Source of the DNA: Candidatus Omnitrophota bacterium
Lineage (GTDB): Bacteria > Omnitrophota > Gorgyraeia > DAOVKU01
DNA length: 61,176 bases
Reading direction: 5' to 3'
NCBI GenBank assembly: GCA_043822625.1
Contig: JBDRBQ010000072.1
Span: 1 to 61,176, forward strand
Part shown: piece by piece, positions 48,996-59,517 of the stretch
Numbering within the stretch: position 1 is the first letter of the stretch
How the letters are laid out: every line of letters starts with the position of its first letter
Notes under the pieces: model-generated
The model's input: only the letters and a program-made list of their open reading frames with translations
What the model was told of the DNA's origin: nothing
The model's database searches: none
Position numbers and translations under genes: made by a program

Positions 48996-49739
48996 ATGAG
49001 TTACAAAATAGCATTAGAAATTTTTGAAGGGCCGCTAGATTTACTTCTTTATCTTATTAAAAAAGAAGAAATTGATATATATGATATACCAATTGCCGAA
49101 ATTACCAGACAATATCTTGCTTATCTTGAATTTATGAAAATGCTGGATTTAAACATAGCCGGTGAATTTATTGTTATGGCGGCTACTTTGATGCATATAA
49201 AGTCTAAAATGTTATTGCCGGAGGAAAAAATAGAGCAGGGAGAAGAGGAAATAGACCCGAGAGCGGAATTGATGGAAAAACTGATTGAATATAAAAAGTT
49301 TAAAGAAGCCGCTAAGAAATTGGAAGAATTCGAAATCCGCCGAAAGAATATTTTTATCAGAAGCGCCGATATAGAACAATTTAAATGCGAGGATGATGAA
49401 ACCGTATATTTCGAAGCGAGTCTCTTTGACCTTTTGACCGCTTTTTCGAAAGTTTTAAAAGAAATACCCAAAGACATAATTCAGGAAGTCATAAAAGATG
49501 AATTTACGGTTGAACAAAAAATAGAATATTTGGTAAATCTTTTAGAAGAACGGGAAGTTGTAAAAATTGACGAACTTTTTAGTAATTCAAAAAATAAACT
49601 TGAAATCGTGGCCATCTTTTTGGCGGTTTTGGAATTAATGAGATTGAAAGAAATAGTCGTAGTTCAGAAAAGTTTATTTGACAGTATAGAAATCAGGCGC
49701 AATAAAAGCGGCCTTAAATTAAAAACAATTGGTGTTTAA
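48996..49739 (+). CDS. scpA: Segregation and condensation protein A
   Basis: FEGPLDLLLYLI, KSKMLLP, FLAVLEL. Confidence 0.96.
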   Translation: MSYKIALEIFEGPLDLLLYLIKKEEIDIYDIPIAEITRQYLAYLEFMKMLDLNIAGEFIVMAATLMHIKSKMLLPEEKIEQGEEEIDPRAELMEKLIEYKKFKEAAKKLEEFEIRRKNIFIRSADIEQFKCEDDETVYFEASLFDLLTAFSKVLKEIPKDIIQEVIKDEFTVEQKIEYLVNLLEEREVVKIDELFSNSKNKLEIVAIFLAVLELMRLKEIVVVQKSLFDSIEIRRNKSGLKLKTIGV

Positions 49740-49740
49740 A

Positions 49741-50352
49741 ATGGAAGACAAACAAATTAAGCAAATTATAGAAGCCCTTATTTTTTCCAGCGCGAAACCT
49801 CTGCCTTTAAATCAAATTGACGAAGTTATGGAAAAACCGGGGCATAAAATCATAAAAGAAAAAATCGCGGAGTTGAATTGCGAATATGAAACCGTCCAGC
49901 GTCCGTACAGAATAAGAGAAATAGCTGGCGGATTTGTCTTGGCGACTTTGGAAGAATTTGCCCCGTGGCTTAAAAAACTATATAAAACACAGAATAATGA
50001 AAAACTTTCGGCGTCTGCTTTGGAAACGCTGGCAATTATTGTCTATAAACAGCCCATAACAAAACCGGAAATAGAATTTATAAGAGGCGTAAATGCCGAC
50101 GGTATGATAAAAAGACTTATTGATAAAAATCTGGTTAAGATAAGCGGGCGAAAAGATGCTCCAGGCAGGCCGTTTCTTTATTCTACAACGATGGAGTTTT
50201 TAAAACATTTCGGGCTGGCAAAATTAGAAGAATTGCCTCCCATAGAAGAATTTGGAAACGAAAATATTGAGATAGACGAGAATGATTTATTGGTAGAACC
50301 GGAAATGCAAAACGCGGGGAGTATAAACGAAAGTGAAAAAGAAACTTGCTGA
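49741..50352 (+). CDS. scpB: Segregation and condensation protein B
   Basis: IEALIF, LETLAIIVYKQPIT, PGRPFLY, FLKHFGL; start set at ATG 49741. Confidence 0.96.
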   Translation: MEDKQIKQIIEALIFSSAKPLPLNQIDEVMEKPGHKIIKEKIAELNCEYETVQRPYRIREIAGGFVLATLEEFAPWLKKLYKTQNNEKLSASALETLAIIVYKQPITKPEIEFIRGVNADGMIKRLIDKNLVKISGRKDAPGRPFLYSTTMEFLKHFGLAKLEELPPIEEFGNENIEIDENDLLVEPEMQNAGSINESEKETC

Positions 50353-51403
50353 TTTAAGGGAACAAATAAATAAAATAGACGGTAAAATGATTGATCTTTT
50401 GAATGAAAGAGCCAATGTCGCTATTTCTATCGGCAAAATTAAAAAAGAAAAGAATAAGCAAATATACGCTCCTGAAAGAGAAAAAGAAGTTTATAGGTCG
50501 ATAACAACCGTAAATAAAGGGCCGTTGCAGAATTTTTCCTTAAAAGCTATTTATAGAGAAATAATGTCCGCGACTTTGAATGTAGAACATCCGATAAAAA
50601 TCGCTTATCTGGGACCGCCGGCTACTTTTGCTCATCTGGCGAGTTTGAAAAAATTCGGGGCATCGGTTGATTATCTTCCCTGTGACAGCATCAGAGACGT
50701 CTTTTTTGAGGTAGAGAAAGAGCGCGCTGATTACGGAGTAGTTCCCATCGAAAATTCTACCGAAGGTGTAATTACTCATACGCTGGACATGTTTATTGAT
50801 TCGGATTTAAAGATTTGTTCTGAAATAAGTCTTGAAATATCGCATAATTTACTCACTAATATCGACAAAAATAAAATAAAAAGGGTATATTCTAATCCTT
50901 ATGTTTTCGGACAATGCAGACATTGGCTGGAAGAAAATCTGCCGGCAGTAGAGCATGTAGAAGTATCCAGCACTACTAAAGCCGCGGAATTTGCCAAAAA
51001 GGATAAAAACGGCGCGGCTATCGCGAGCAGTCTGGCGGCCAAAATTTACGGGCTTAAAATATTGGCGTCTTCTATTGAAGACAGTTCCGAAAACGTCACC
51101 CGTTTTTTGGTAATCGGCAGGGAAGAAGCAGGGCAGACATCTTCCGATAAAACTTCGATAATGTTTTCCATAAAAGACAGAGTGGGAGTTTTACACGATA
51201 CATTAGTGCCTTTTCAAAAATATAAAATAAACCTAACCAAAATAGAATCCAGGCCTTCGAAGAAAAAAGCATGGGATTATTATTTCTTTGTTGATTTGGA
51301 AGGGCATCACAAAGACAAGAAAGTTAAAAAGGCCTTAGAAGAGTTAATAGAAAGCTGTAGATTTCTTAAAATTTTAGGTTCATATCCTCTGGGAGAAAAA
51401 TGA
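50333..51403 (+). CDS. pheA: Chorismate mutase / prephenate dehydratase
   Basis: LREQINKID AroQ domain, AYLGPPATF, PIENS, NVTRF, IESRP. Confidence 0.96.
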   Translation: MKKKLADLREQINKIDGKMIDLLNERANVAISIGKIKKEKNKQIYAPEREKEVYRSITTVNKGPLQNFSLKAIYREIMSATLNVEHPIKIAYLGPPATFAHLASLKKFGASVDYLPCDSIRDVFFEVEKERADYGVVPIENSTEGVITHTLDMFIDSDLKICSEISLEISHNLLTNIDKNKIKRVYSNPYVFGQCRHWLEENLPAVEHVEVSSTTKAAEFAKKDKNGAAIASSLAAKIYGLKILASSIEDSSENVTRFLVIGREEAGQTSSDKTSIMFSIKDRVGVLHDTLVPFQKYKINLTKIESRPSKKKAWDYYFFVDLEGHHKDKKVKKALEELIESCRFLKILGSYPLGEK

Positions 51404-52488
51404 AAGCGTTGGCAAGACAAAACATATTGAAAATAAATCCTTATAAACCAGGCAAGCCAATCAGCGAAGTAAAGCGTGAACACGGATTAAAAAATGTTAT
51501 TAAACTAGCTTCCAACGAAAATCCGCTTGGAGCTTCTCCAAAAGCGACGGCGGCTATAAGGAAAGCTTTAAGCAGTATTAATTTATATCCCGACGGCAAT
51601 TGCTTTTCTCTAAAAGAAAAACTGGCGGTTAGCTTAAAAATTAATTCCAACTCTATAACTTTCGGCAATGGTTCCAATGAATTGATAGAGTTGATTTTAA
51701 AGGCGTTTTTGAATGAAGGCGAAGAAGTTCTTATGAGCAAACCTGATTTTCTGATATATAAATTGGCTACTTTGCAGGAGAATGGCAGTCCGATTGAAGT
51801 GCCCCTTAAAAAATTCGTTTGCGATTTAGAAGCAGTAAGAGAAAAAATAACTAAGAAAACAAAGATAATTTTTATTGCTAACCCCAATAATCCCATAGGT
51901 ACTTATGTGTCTAAGAAAAATCTGGAAAATTTTATCAAAAAGGTGCCTAAAAATATAATCATTGTTTTAGATGAAGCCTATTTTGAATTCGCGCTGGAAA
52001 AAGATTATCCTAACGGTATCGATTATGTGAAATTTGCTAACGTGATAGTACTGCGCACTTTTTCCAAGAGTTACGGTTTGGCAGGATTGCGTATAGGTTA
52101 CGCGGTAACAAATGCCTTTTTTGTTGATTGTCTTAATAAGGCAAGGCAACCGTTTAACGTGAATTCTCTTGCTCAGGCAGGCGCGGAAGCGGCTTTATCG
52201 GACAAAGATTTTCTCAATAAAACCGTAACTATGACCCAAGAACAAAAAGATTATCTTTATGGAAAATTTGAAGAAATGAATCTTGAGTATATAAAAAGCG
52301 CCACGAATTTTATTCTTTTAAACTGTAAAACAAAAGGGGAATTGGTTTTTGATAAGTTATTAAAAAAAGGAATTATCGTCAGAGATATGAAGGCTTATGG
52401 TTTGGATGAGTGGATAAGAGTAACGGTTGGTAAGCCATCGGAAAATCAGAAATTTATCGTGGCATTAAAAAAAGTATTATCGGTATAG
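51400..52488 (+). CDS. hisC: Histidinol-phosphate/aromatic aminotransferase
   Basis: KLASNENP, GNGSNE, NPNNP, DEAY, RTFSKSYGLAGLRIGY. Confidence 0.93.
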   Translation: MKALARQNILKINPYKPGKPISEVKREHGLKNVIKLASNENPLGASPKATAAIRKALSSINLYPDGNCFSLKEKLAVSLKINSNSITFGNGSNELIELILKAFLNEGEEVLMSKPDFLIYKLATLQENGSPIEVPLKKFVCDLEAVREKITKKTKIIFIANPNNPIGTYVSKKNLENFIKKVPKNIIIVLDEAYFEFALEKDYPNGIDYVKFANVIVLRTFSKSYGLAGLRIGYAVTNAFFVDCLNKARQPFNVNSLAQAGAEAALSDKDFLNKTVTMTQEQKDYLYGKFEEMNLEYIKSATNFILLNCKTKGELVFDKLLKKGIIVRDMKAYGLDEWIRVTVGKPSENQKFIVALKKVLSV

Positions 52489-52575
52489 AACAGAATGTGT
52501 AGTGTGGAGCAGGGATAATGTTTTTGTCCTTATGCGCTATGCTAAATTTATAAAATAGGAAAGGGTTGATATATC

Positions 52576-53589
52576 ATGATTATTGTATTAAAACCGAATA
52601 CAACGGACGAGCAGATTAAACACATAGAAGAGCGAATTAAGAGTTTGGGTTTAAAGCCATGGATTTCAAGAGGAGTAGAGAGAACGATTATCGGAATAAT
52701 CGGGGAAGAAGATATTCTTCGTGTACAGCCGTTGGAGGCTTTTCCCGGTGTTGAAGAAGTTTTGCCTATCTTAAAACCGTATAAAATCGCGTCCCGTGAT
52801 TTTAAAAAAGAAGGGTCTATTGTTGATGTAAAGGGAGTTAAAATCGGAGCTAATAAAATTGTAGTTATTGCCGGTCCGTGCGCTGTCGAAAACGAAGAAA
52901 TCCTTATGAAAACCGCGAAGGCCGTAAAAGAAGCCGGCGCGAGTATGCTTAGAGGAGGGGCTTTTAAGCCAAGAACGTCTCCCTATTCTTTTCAGGGGCT
53001 TGGAGAAGATGGTTTAAAAATGCTGGCTAACGCTGGCCGCGAAACAGGATTGCCGGTTGTAACCGAAGTTATGGATACACGGGACGTTGAACTAGTTGAA
53101 AAATATACAGATATGTTCCAAATCGGCGCCAGAAATATGCAGAATTTCAATTTATTAAAAGAAGTTGGCAAATCAAGAAAACCGGTGGTTTTAAAAAGAG
53201 GACTGAGCGCTACGGTAAATGAGTTATTGATGAGCGCCGAATATATTTTAGCTAATGGTAATTTTCAGACTGCAGTTTGTGAACGCGGGATACGAACTTT
53301 TGAAGACGCTACCAGAAATACCATGGATATAAGCGCTATCCCAGTTATAAAGCAATTAAGCCACTTGCCTGTTATAGCCGATCCCAGTCATGCCACAGGA
53401 AAATGGGGTTTAGTGGGAACTATGTCCAAAGCTTCGATAGCCGCGGGATGTGACGCGCTTATGATAGAGGTGCATCCAAATCCCGAAGAGGCTCTTTCTG
53501 ATGGAGCTCAATCGCTTAGACCGGAAAAATTCTCCGCCTTGATGCAGGAATTGAAAAGCATTGCCTCTGCCGTGGGACGGGAAATATAA
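52576..53589 (+). CDS. aroF: DAHP synthase (type I-beta, N-terminal ACT-like domain)
   Basis: [35 protein letters not shown]. Confidence 0.95.
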   Translation: MIIVLKPNTTDEQIKHIEERIKSLGLKPWISRGVERTIIGIIGEEDILRVQPLEAFPGVEEVLPILKPYKIASRDFKKEGSIVDVKGVKIGANKIVVIAGPCAVENEEILMKTAKAVKEAGASMLRGGAFKPRTSPYSFQGLGEDGLKMLANAGRETGLPVVTEVMDTRDVELVEKYTDMFQIGARNMQNFNLLKEVGKSRKPVVLKRGLSATVNELLMSAEYILANGNFQTAVCERGIRTFEDATRNTMDISAIPVIKQLSHLPVIADPSHATGKWGLVGTMSKASIAAGCDALMIEVHPNPEEALSDGAQSLRPEKFSALMQELKSIASAVGREI

Positions 53590-53590
53590 T

Positions 53591-54439
53591 ATGAAACAAA
53601 TCGATACCTTAGCTATAATAGGCGTAGGTTTGATTGGCGGTTCGGCGGCCAGAAAAGTCAAAGAACTAAAACTATCCAAAAAAGTAATTGGGTTTGGCAG
53701 AAGACAATCATCTCTCGATAAAGCCTTAGCAAGCAAAACGATTGATGAAGCAACCCTTTCATTGGATAAGGCGCTTCGAGACGCGGATATGGTGTTGATA
53801 TCAACTCCAGTTAGTTCGATACCCGCCTTTCTAAAAGAATGCCTGCGATATTGCAAAAAAGGATGTATTATTACAGACGCGGGAAGTACAAAAAAAGAAA
53901 TTGTCTCTTGCGCGGATAAAATTTTTGGCAGAGAAATATTCTTTGTCGGCGCGCATCCCATGGCCGGTTCGGAAAAGCGTGGGTTCGAGTTTTCGAAAAA
54001 CAATCTTTTTGATGATTCAATATGTTTTATAACTAAAAGCAGGAAAACCGATCTTAAGGCCTTAAAGCGGGTAAGTGAATTTTGGCAGGTGCTGGGAGCA
54101 AAGCCGGTTATTACTACGCCCGAAAAACACGATAAAATAGTAGCGGAAATAAGTCATCTTCCTCATGTCGCGGCAATTTCTCTTGTCAATGCCGTGACGG
54201 ATTTCAATATAAAATTGGCGGGAAACAGTTTTAGGGATACTACCAGAGTAGCGTCTTCGGATAGCAATCTTTGGCTGGATATCTTTTTTTCGAATAAAGA
54301 TAATATCGTAGAAAGTATCGACAGATTTATCGATAAATTGAAAATTATTAAAAACAGCATAAAAAAGGGCGAGAGAAATAAATTAAAAAAAATAATGGAA
54401 AAAGCTAATTTATCCCGTTCTAATCTGATAGTGAAATGA
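53591..54439 (+). CDS. tyrA: Prephenate/arogenate dehydrogenase
   Basis: GVGLIGGS, DAGSTK, HPMAGSE, SHLPH, RDTTRVA; start set at ATG 53591. Confidence 0.93.
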   Translation: MKQIDTLAIIGVGLIGGSAARKVKELKLSKKVIGFGRRQSSLDKALASKTIDEATLSLDKALRDADMVLISTPVSSIPAFLKECLRYCKKGCIITDAGSTKKEIVSCADKIFGREIFFVGAHPMAGSEKRGFEFSKNNLFDDSICFITKSRKTDLKALKRVSEFWQVLGAKPVITTPEKHDKIVAEISHLPHVAAISLVNAVTDFNIKLAGNSFRDTTRVASSDSNLWLDIFFSNKDNIVESIDRFIDKLKIIKNSIKKGERNKLKKIMEKANLSRSNLIVK

Positions 54440-55116
54440 AAGAGTATTTTATCGTAGCCATTGACGGTCCCGCCGGAGCGGGGAAAAGTACTATAGCTAG
54501 ACTCGTTGCAGAGCGGCTTAATTTTATTTATGTAGATACCGGTGCTATGTATCGCGCTTTAACTTTGAAAGCCATAAGAGAAAACGTGGATTTGACAGAT
54601 AGTACGCGGCTGCGAACTCTTATGGATAAAACTAACATTGATTTGCAAAGTTCACATGGTAAAAATTCATTACGTGTTTTATTGGACAATGAAGAGGTAA
54701 CTGCTGAAATACGTTTGCCCGAAATAACCAATAAAGTGTTTTATATCGCGCAAGACGCGTCGGTTAGAAAAAAAATGGTTGAATTACAGCGTAGATTAGC
54801 TCAAAAATATAAAAAAGCAGTACTTGAAGGCAGGGATATAGGGACGGTAGTTTTTCCTAAAGCCGATGTTAAAATATTTCTGGACGCTCAGGTCCGTGAG
54901 CGGGCTAACCGGCGTTTTAAAGAATTAAGCGAGAAAGGCATAAATGTTGTCCTTGAAGAAATAGAGCAAGATATAATTGAAAGAGATCGAAAGGATAAAA
55001 CCAGAGAAATAGGACCACTAAAACAGGCCTGTGACGCGGTGTATGTAGACAGCACAAATTTCTCGATAGAAGAAACAGTGGAAAAAGTTACCCAAATAAT
55101 AAAAAATGATTTATAA
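54436..55116 (+). CDS. cmk: Cytidylate kinase
   Basis: IDGPAGAGKST, DTGAMYRA, EGRDIGTVVFP. Confidence 0.97.
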   Translation: MKEYFIVAIDGPAGAGKSTIARLVAERLNFIYVDTGAMYRALTLKAIRENVDLTDSTRLRTLMDKTNIDLQSSHGKNSLRVLLDNEEVTAEIRLPEITNKVFYIAQDASVRKKMVELQRRLAQKYKKAVLEGRDIGTVVFPKADVKIFLDAQVRERANRRFKELSEKGINVVLEEIEQDIIERDRKDKTREIGPLKQACDAVYVDSTNFSIEETVEKVTQIIKNDL

Positions 55117-55708
55117 TATAGCCAAATCCATTCTATTTGTTTTTTTTAAAATTTTATTTAGATTTCAGGTTGTCGGCAGGGAAAATTTACCGTCAAAAGA
55201 CGGTTTTATAGTTGCCGCTAATCATGTAAGTTATCTTGATCCCATTGCGGTAGGATTGACAACTTCTAAAAAAGTTTACTTTTTGGCAAAAGAAAGTTTA
55301 TTTAGAAACGCGGTTTTTGGTTTCTTGTTAAGAAAATTATGCTCTATTCCGATAAAAACTACGCATGGCATGAATGTAGAAACCTTTAGGAAAAGCCTAA
55401 ATATATTATCTATGGGTAATAATATCGTGATTTTCCCTGAAGGTAGACGTAGCGCTGACGGAAGTATTCAGGAAATGCGTGCCGGAGTGGGATTTTTAGC
55501 GATTAAAAGCCGCAAACCGGTTATTCCCGTTTTTATAACCGGAACCGAAAAAGCCTTGCCGGTCAAAGCTAAATTCATAAAACCCAAGAAAGTTTATGTG
55601 TATATCGGTAAAGCTTTAATTGTTGGGGATAATGAAAATAACGAGGATTTTAGTAAAAGAGTTGAGGCAAGTATTAGGGAATTAGCAAAACAAACAAAAA
55701 GAGTTTAA
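55106..55708 (+). CDS. plsC: 1-acyl-sn-glycerol-3-phosphate acyltransferase
   Basis: NHVSYLD, FLAKE, FPEGRRS. Confidence 0.92.
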   Translation: MIYNIAKSILFVFFKILFRFQVVGRENLPSKDGFIVAANHVSYLDPIAVGLTTSKKVYFLAKESLFRNAVFGFLLRKLCSIPIKTTHGMNVETFRKSLNILSMGNNIVIFPEGRRSADGSIQEMRAGVGFLAIKSRKPVIPVFITGTEKALPVKAKFIKPKKVYVYIGKALIVGDNENNEDFSKRVEASIRELAKQTKRV

Positions 55709-55766
55709 TGTTAAGAATAAACAGTATTGTAAAAAAAGTAAGAATTCTAAAAATTTATTTTTAAAG

Positions 55767-55794
55767 TTGAAATACAAAAATAACCTGTTATAAT
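55767..55794 (+). promoter_or_regulatory. Promoter of rpsA
   Basis: TTGAAA, 16 bp spacer, TGn-TATAAT. Confidence 0.55.
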
Positions 55795-55840
55795 ATATAA
55801 AGCTAATAAAAAATTCAATATTTCTTAGGGGGTAACATAA

Positions 55841-57490
55841 ATGCAGATGAGTGAAAGCATGGAGCAAGAAAATAACATTGGGGTAGATGTAGAAGATTTA
55901 TCTTTTTGTTATGAACAAAGTATAAAGCAAATTGCAGAAGGAAATATCGTAAAAGGTAAAATTATAAGTGTAACACAGAGAGAGGTCGTAGTTGATATTG
56001 GATACAAGTCCGAAGGGATTCTTCATTTGAGCGATTTTGACAATGATAGTTTGCCTCAGGAAGGACAGGAAATAGATGTTTTGATAGAATCGTTGGAAAA
56101 CGATGAAGGCATGGTAATGATTTCCAAGAAAAAAGCGGATAAAATCCGTACTTGGAAAAAGATTCTTTCCGATTTTAACGAAGGCGATATAATCGAAGGA
56201 AAAGTATGCCGTAAAGTCAAAGGCGGGCTTATGGTTGACGTGGGAATGGAGGCTTTTCTGCCGGCTTCTTTGGTTTTTCTGCACGGCTATGGAGATACAA
56301 ATCAGCTTATAGGGCAAAAAATGGATTTTAAAATAGTCAAAATAAATAAGCCGCGCAAAAATATCGTAGTTTCCAGAAAAGATTATCTTGCTCAGGAAAT
56401 GGAACAGAAGAAAACCAAATTGCTCTCTGAAATAGAAAAGGGGCAGTTAATAAAAGGTAAGGTAAAAAATATTACGGATTTTGGTGCCTTTATAAATCTA
56501 GGTGGAATAGATGGATTGCTTCATATAACCGACATGAGTTGGGGCAGAATAAGCCATCCTTCTGAAATGCTGGCGGTTGGTGATGAAATCGATGTTATGG
56601 TTTTAGACTATGATAAAAACGAAGGGAAAATTTCTCTTGGCCTTAAACAGAGAACCGCGAATCCATGGGAGAAGGTGCTGGAAAAATATTCGGTTGGGAC
56701 AAAGGTAAAAGGAAAAGTAGTCAATTTAGTTCCTTATGGAGCTTTTATTGAACTGGAACAGGGGATTGAGGGATTAGTTCATATTTCAGAATTGTCATGG
56801 ACTAAAAGAATAAATAATCCATCCGAAATGCTTGCAATGGGAGATATTGTAGAAGCGGTGGTTTTAAACGTGGATAAAGATAATCAAAAAATATCTTTAG
56901 GGATTAAACAGACGGAAAGCAATCCTTGGCAGGATATAGAAGAAAGATATACAGTCGGGGCTAAAGTAAAAGGCAAGGTAAGAAATATCACCGATTACGG
57001 TGTTTTTGTGGAAATAGAAGAAGGAATAGATGGTCTTATACACGCGAATGATATTTCATGGACCAATAGAAACATAATACCTTCTAAAACATTTAAAAAA
57101 GGGCAGAAAGTAGAAGCTGTTGTTTTAACCGTTGATTCTAAAGAAAGACGCATATCCCTTGGATTAAAACAACTTATGCCGAATCCATGGTCGATGATTG
57201 CCGAACGTTACAAAGCCGGTACTTTGTGTACAGGTACGGTAGTTAAAGCTGTGGATTTTGGTCTCTTTGTGGAAATAGAAGAAAATCTGGAGGGATTACT
57301 GCATATAAGCGAACTTCCGCGGCAAATGACAGCGGCAGGATTAGATAAGACATATAATCCAGGACAGAAAATAAACGTTGAGATATTGAAAGTAGAAGAA
57401 GAAGAAGGGAAAATTGCTTTAACTCTCGCGAAAGAACAAAAAATTTCAGAGGAAGAAAATATTTCCAGCGCTCAAGATAAAGAAGCATAA
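55841..57490 (+). CDS. rpsA: 30S ribosomal protein S1
   Basis: Six S1 repeats (DIGYKSEG, FGAFINLGGIDGLLHITDMSW, ISLGLKQ). Confidence 0.98.
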   Translation: MQMSESMEQENNIGVDVEDLSFCYEQSIKQIAEGNIVKGKIISVTQREVVVDIGYKSEGILHLSDFDNDSLPQEGQEIDVLIESLENDEGMVMISKKKADKIRTWKKILSDFNEGDIIEGKVCRKVKGGLMVDVGMEAFLPASLVFLHGYGDTNQLIGQKMDFKIVKINKPRKNIVVSRKDYLAQEMEQKKTKLLSEIEKGQLIKGKVKNITDFGAFINLGGIDGLLHITDMSWGRISHPSEMLAVGDEIDVMVLDYDKNEGKISLGLKQRTANPWEKVLEKYSVGTKVKGKVVNLVPYGAFIELEQGIEGLVHISELSWTKRINNPSEMLAMGDIVEAVVLNVDKDNQKISLGIKQTESNPWQDIEERYTVGAKVKGKVRNITDYGVFVEIEEGIDGLIHANDISWTNRNIIPSKTFKKGQKVEAVVLTVDSKERRISLGLKQLMPNPWSMIAERYKAGTLCTGTVVKAVDFGLFVEIEENLEGLLHISELPRQMTAAGLDKTYNPGQKINVEILKVEEEEGKIALTLAKEQKISEEENISSAQDKEA

Positions 57491-57539
57491 AAGAAAGAAA
57501 ATAGTTATTAGTTTGTGGTAAGGCGTTTTGCGATAAATT

Positions 57540-58064
57540 TTAGGGTCTGTCGAAAAATATATTTTTACCGGTTCCGCTTAAGGGCAGGGCTAATGCTATT
57601 TTTACTTTCTTATTAAATAAATTCATTTTTAGAGCTGCTATGCCTGCGGTGTACATAATTCTATTGTCAACTCCTAAAGTGGAAGCTAAACTTACCGCGG
57701 AACCTAAGGCTATGCCGAGGTCAATACCGTTAAAAACACAAATACCTTTTTCTTCTGTAAGTTGAGCGCAGTTTTTCTTTTGACATAAACCGCAATATTT
57801 TAAATCGGCAGCATTGGCTTCTATTCCAAAAATAATTACCATAGCGGCACCTTCGATATTCTGAGCGTCTCTTAAGAAACTGTGAATATTTTGCTCATTG
57901 CCGATTTTTCGCATGGTTTTGGCTAATTGTGTTTTTTGAGCGGCAGTTAAAATCGAAATTCTAAGGTTATCTATGCCCTTAGTTTTAGGAGCGGTTCGGG
58001 CCTTTAAATAAATAAGTTTAGTTATTTGTTTAATGGTCTTTTGTTCTATTTTTCCTGTCTTCAT
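57540..58064 (-). CDS. DUF2148 / COG4739-like ferredoxin-domain protein
   Basis: ARTAPKTKGID, CGLC...C, DLGIALGSA, DNRIMYTAG, KNIFFDR; start at ATG 58064. Confidence 0.85.
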   Translation of the reverse strand: MKTGKIEQKTIKQITKLIYLKARTAPKTKGIDNLRISILTAAQKTQLAKTMRKIGNEQNIHSFLRDAQNIEGAAMVIIFGIEANAADLKYCGLCQKKNCAQLTEEKGICVFNGIDLGIALGSAVSLASTLGVDNRIMYTAGIAALKMNLFNKKVKIALALPLSGTGKNIFFDRP

Positions 58065-58139
58065 AATAAAACACAATAACATTAAACAATAATATTTGTC
58101 AATTATTAAGTGCCGGTCATAAAAAGCAAAGGGGTGGGT

Positions 58140-58919
58140 ATGAAAAAAGTTTTTAAAGCTGTGGTATTTTTGGTAGTTTTAATTTTAATTATCGCGTTTT
58201 CTAAAAATATAATTACGAGAAATATTATTACCGGTGTTGTAAAGGCATCTACCGGCCTGAAGTTAAACATTGATTCTGTGAACTTAGGAATATTTACCAC
58301 GCTTATAGATATAAAAGGTTTGCAATTAAATAACCCGCCTGATTTCAAAGATAAAGTAATGATAGGTGCTCCTCAAATTTATGTTGATTATAATTTAATA
58401 AGTTTATTCCAGAAGAAAAAACATTTAAAAGAAGTTTCTTTATATCTTAAAGAATTTATTATAGTAAAAAATAAAGACGGTATTCTGAATTTGAGTTCAC
58501 TGAAAACAGTAAAAGAAACTCAAAAAAAGGAAATGGTGCCTGCGGACAAGAAAAAAGAAAAAAAAGCAACCGAGATACAAATAGACGTTTTAAAATTAAA
58601 AATAGACCGTGTTATATATAAAGATTACACTCAGGGGTCCGAACCAGTAGTTAAAGAGTATAATATTAACATCGACGAAAAATACGAAGATATTTCCGAT
58701 ATCCAAGCTTTAGCCAAACTTATAATTTACAGAACATTGGCAAAAACGGCGTTGGATAACATTATAAATTTAGACATAAATCCCTTTAAAAACAGCATAA
58801 GTGATATACTTAAAAAAACAGGCGGCATGTTAAACTCCGGTACCGGAGAAACCACAAAAGAAGCCGTTGATAAACTTAAAAAAATATTCGAAGATATCAA
58901 AGTGCCGGCAGGACAATGA
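58140..58919 (+). CDS. AsmA-like membrane-anchored protein
   Basis: N-terminal TM, IKGLQLNNPPDF, KNKDGILNL, IQIDVLKL pattern; SD GGGGTGGG. Confidence 0.6.
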   Translation: MKKVFKAVVFLVVLILIIAFSKNIITRNIITGVVKASTGLKLNIDSVNLGIFTTLIDIKGLQLNNPPDFKDKVMIGAPQIYVDYNLISLFQKKKHLKEVSLYLKEFIIVKNKDGILNLSSLKTVKETQKKEMVPADKKKEKKATEIQIDVLKLKIDRVIYKDYTQGSEPVVKEYNINIDEKYEDISDIQALAKLIIYRTLAKTALDNIINLDINPFKNSISDILKKTGGMLNSGTGETTKEAVDKLKKIFEDIKVPAGQ

Positions 58920-58951
58920 TGGGCAAAATATAGCACAGGAATTTTAAAGAA

Positions 58952-59464
58952 ATGTTTAAATACTGTCCGAATTGCAAATCAGAAAATATAAGTTTCGATA
59001 AATTAAATAAATATTCCTGTAATTTCTGTGGCTGGACATATTACAAAAATGTCGCCGCGGCCGTAATGGTATTACTACTTTTGAATTATAAAATTCTTTT
59101 TACCATAAGAGCGAGAGAACCGTCAAAAGGTAAATTGGATTTGCCCGGTGGTTTTGTGGATCGGGGAGAAACCGCAGAGCAAGCGCTTAAACGGGAAATA
59201 AAAGAGGAATTAAATATTGATTTATCACGGATTGACTATATAGGTTCCGCGGTAAATGAATACCCGTATAAAGGCATTACTTATAACACTTGTGATTTGA
59301 TATTTTGGGCAAAAATAGAGGAAGAACCGAAAGTTATTAGGAACTCAGAAATAGAAGGTTATGTTTTGAAAAATATAGATACTATAAATTCGAAAGATTT
59401 AGCTTTTAAATCAGTTGAAAAAGCGATACAATTATTTAAACAAAAAGGGAAAATGGATGCATGA
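58952..59464 (+). CDS. NUDIX hydrolase with N-terminal zinc ribbon
   Basis: YCPNC...CNFC; Nudix box GGFVDRGETAEQALKREIKEEL. Confidence 0.9.
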   Translation: MFKYCPNCKSENISFDKLNKYSCNFCGWTYYKNVAAAVMVLLLLNYKILFTIRAREPSKGKLDLPGGFVDRGETAEQALKREIKEELNIDLSRIDYIGSAVNEYPYKGITYNTCDLIFWAKIEEEPKVIRNSEIEGYVLKNIDTINSKDLAFKSVEKAIQLFKQKGKMDA

Positions 59465-59517
59465 AAACATCGGTATCCGAAGGCCTTAATTTAAAAAATA
59501 TTTTAGGAGGGAATAAA

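Noticed and set aside
53410-54003. 197-aa minus-strand ORF
   Set aside because: Antisense to aroF/tyrA with no recognisable domain
55708-55764. Short ORF MLRINSIVKKVRILKIYF coupled to the plsC stop
   Set aside because: 18 aa, no motif, AT-rich region just upstream of the rpsA promoter; likely chance
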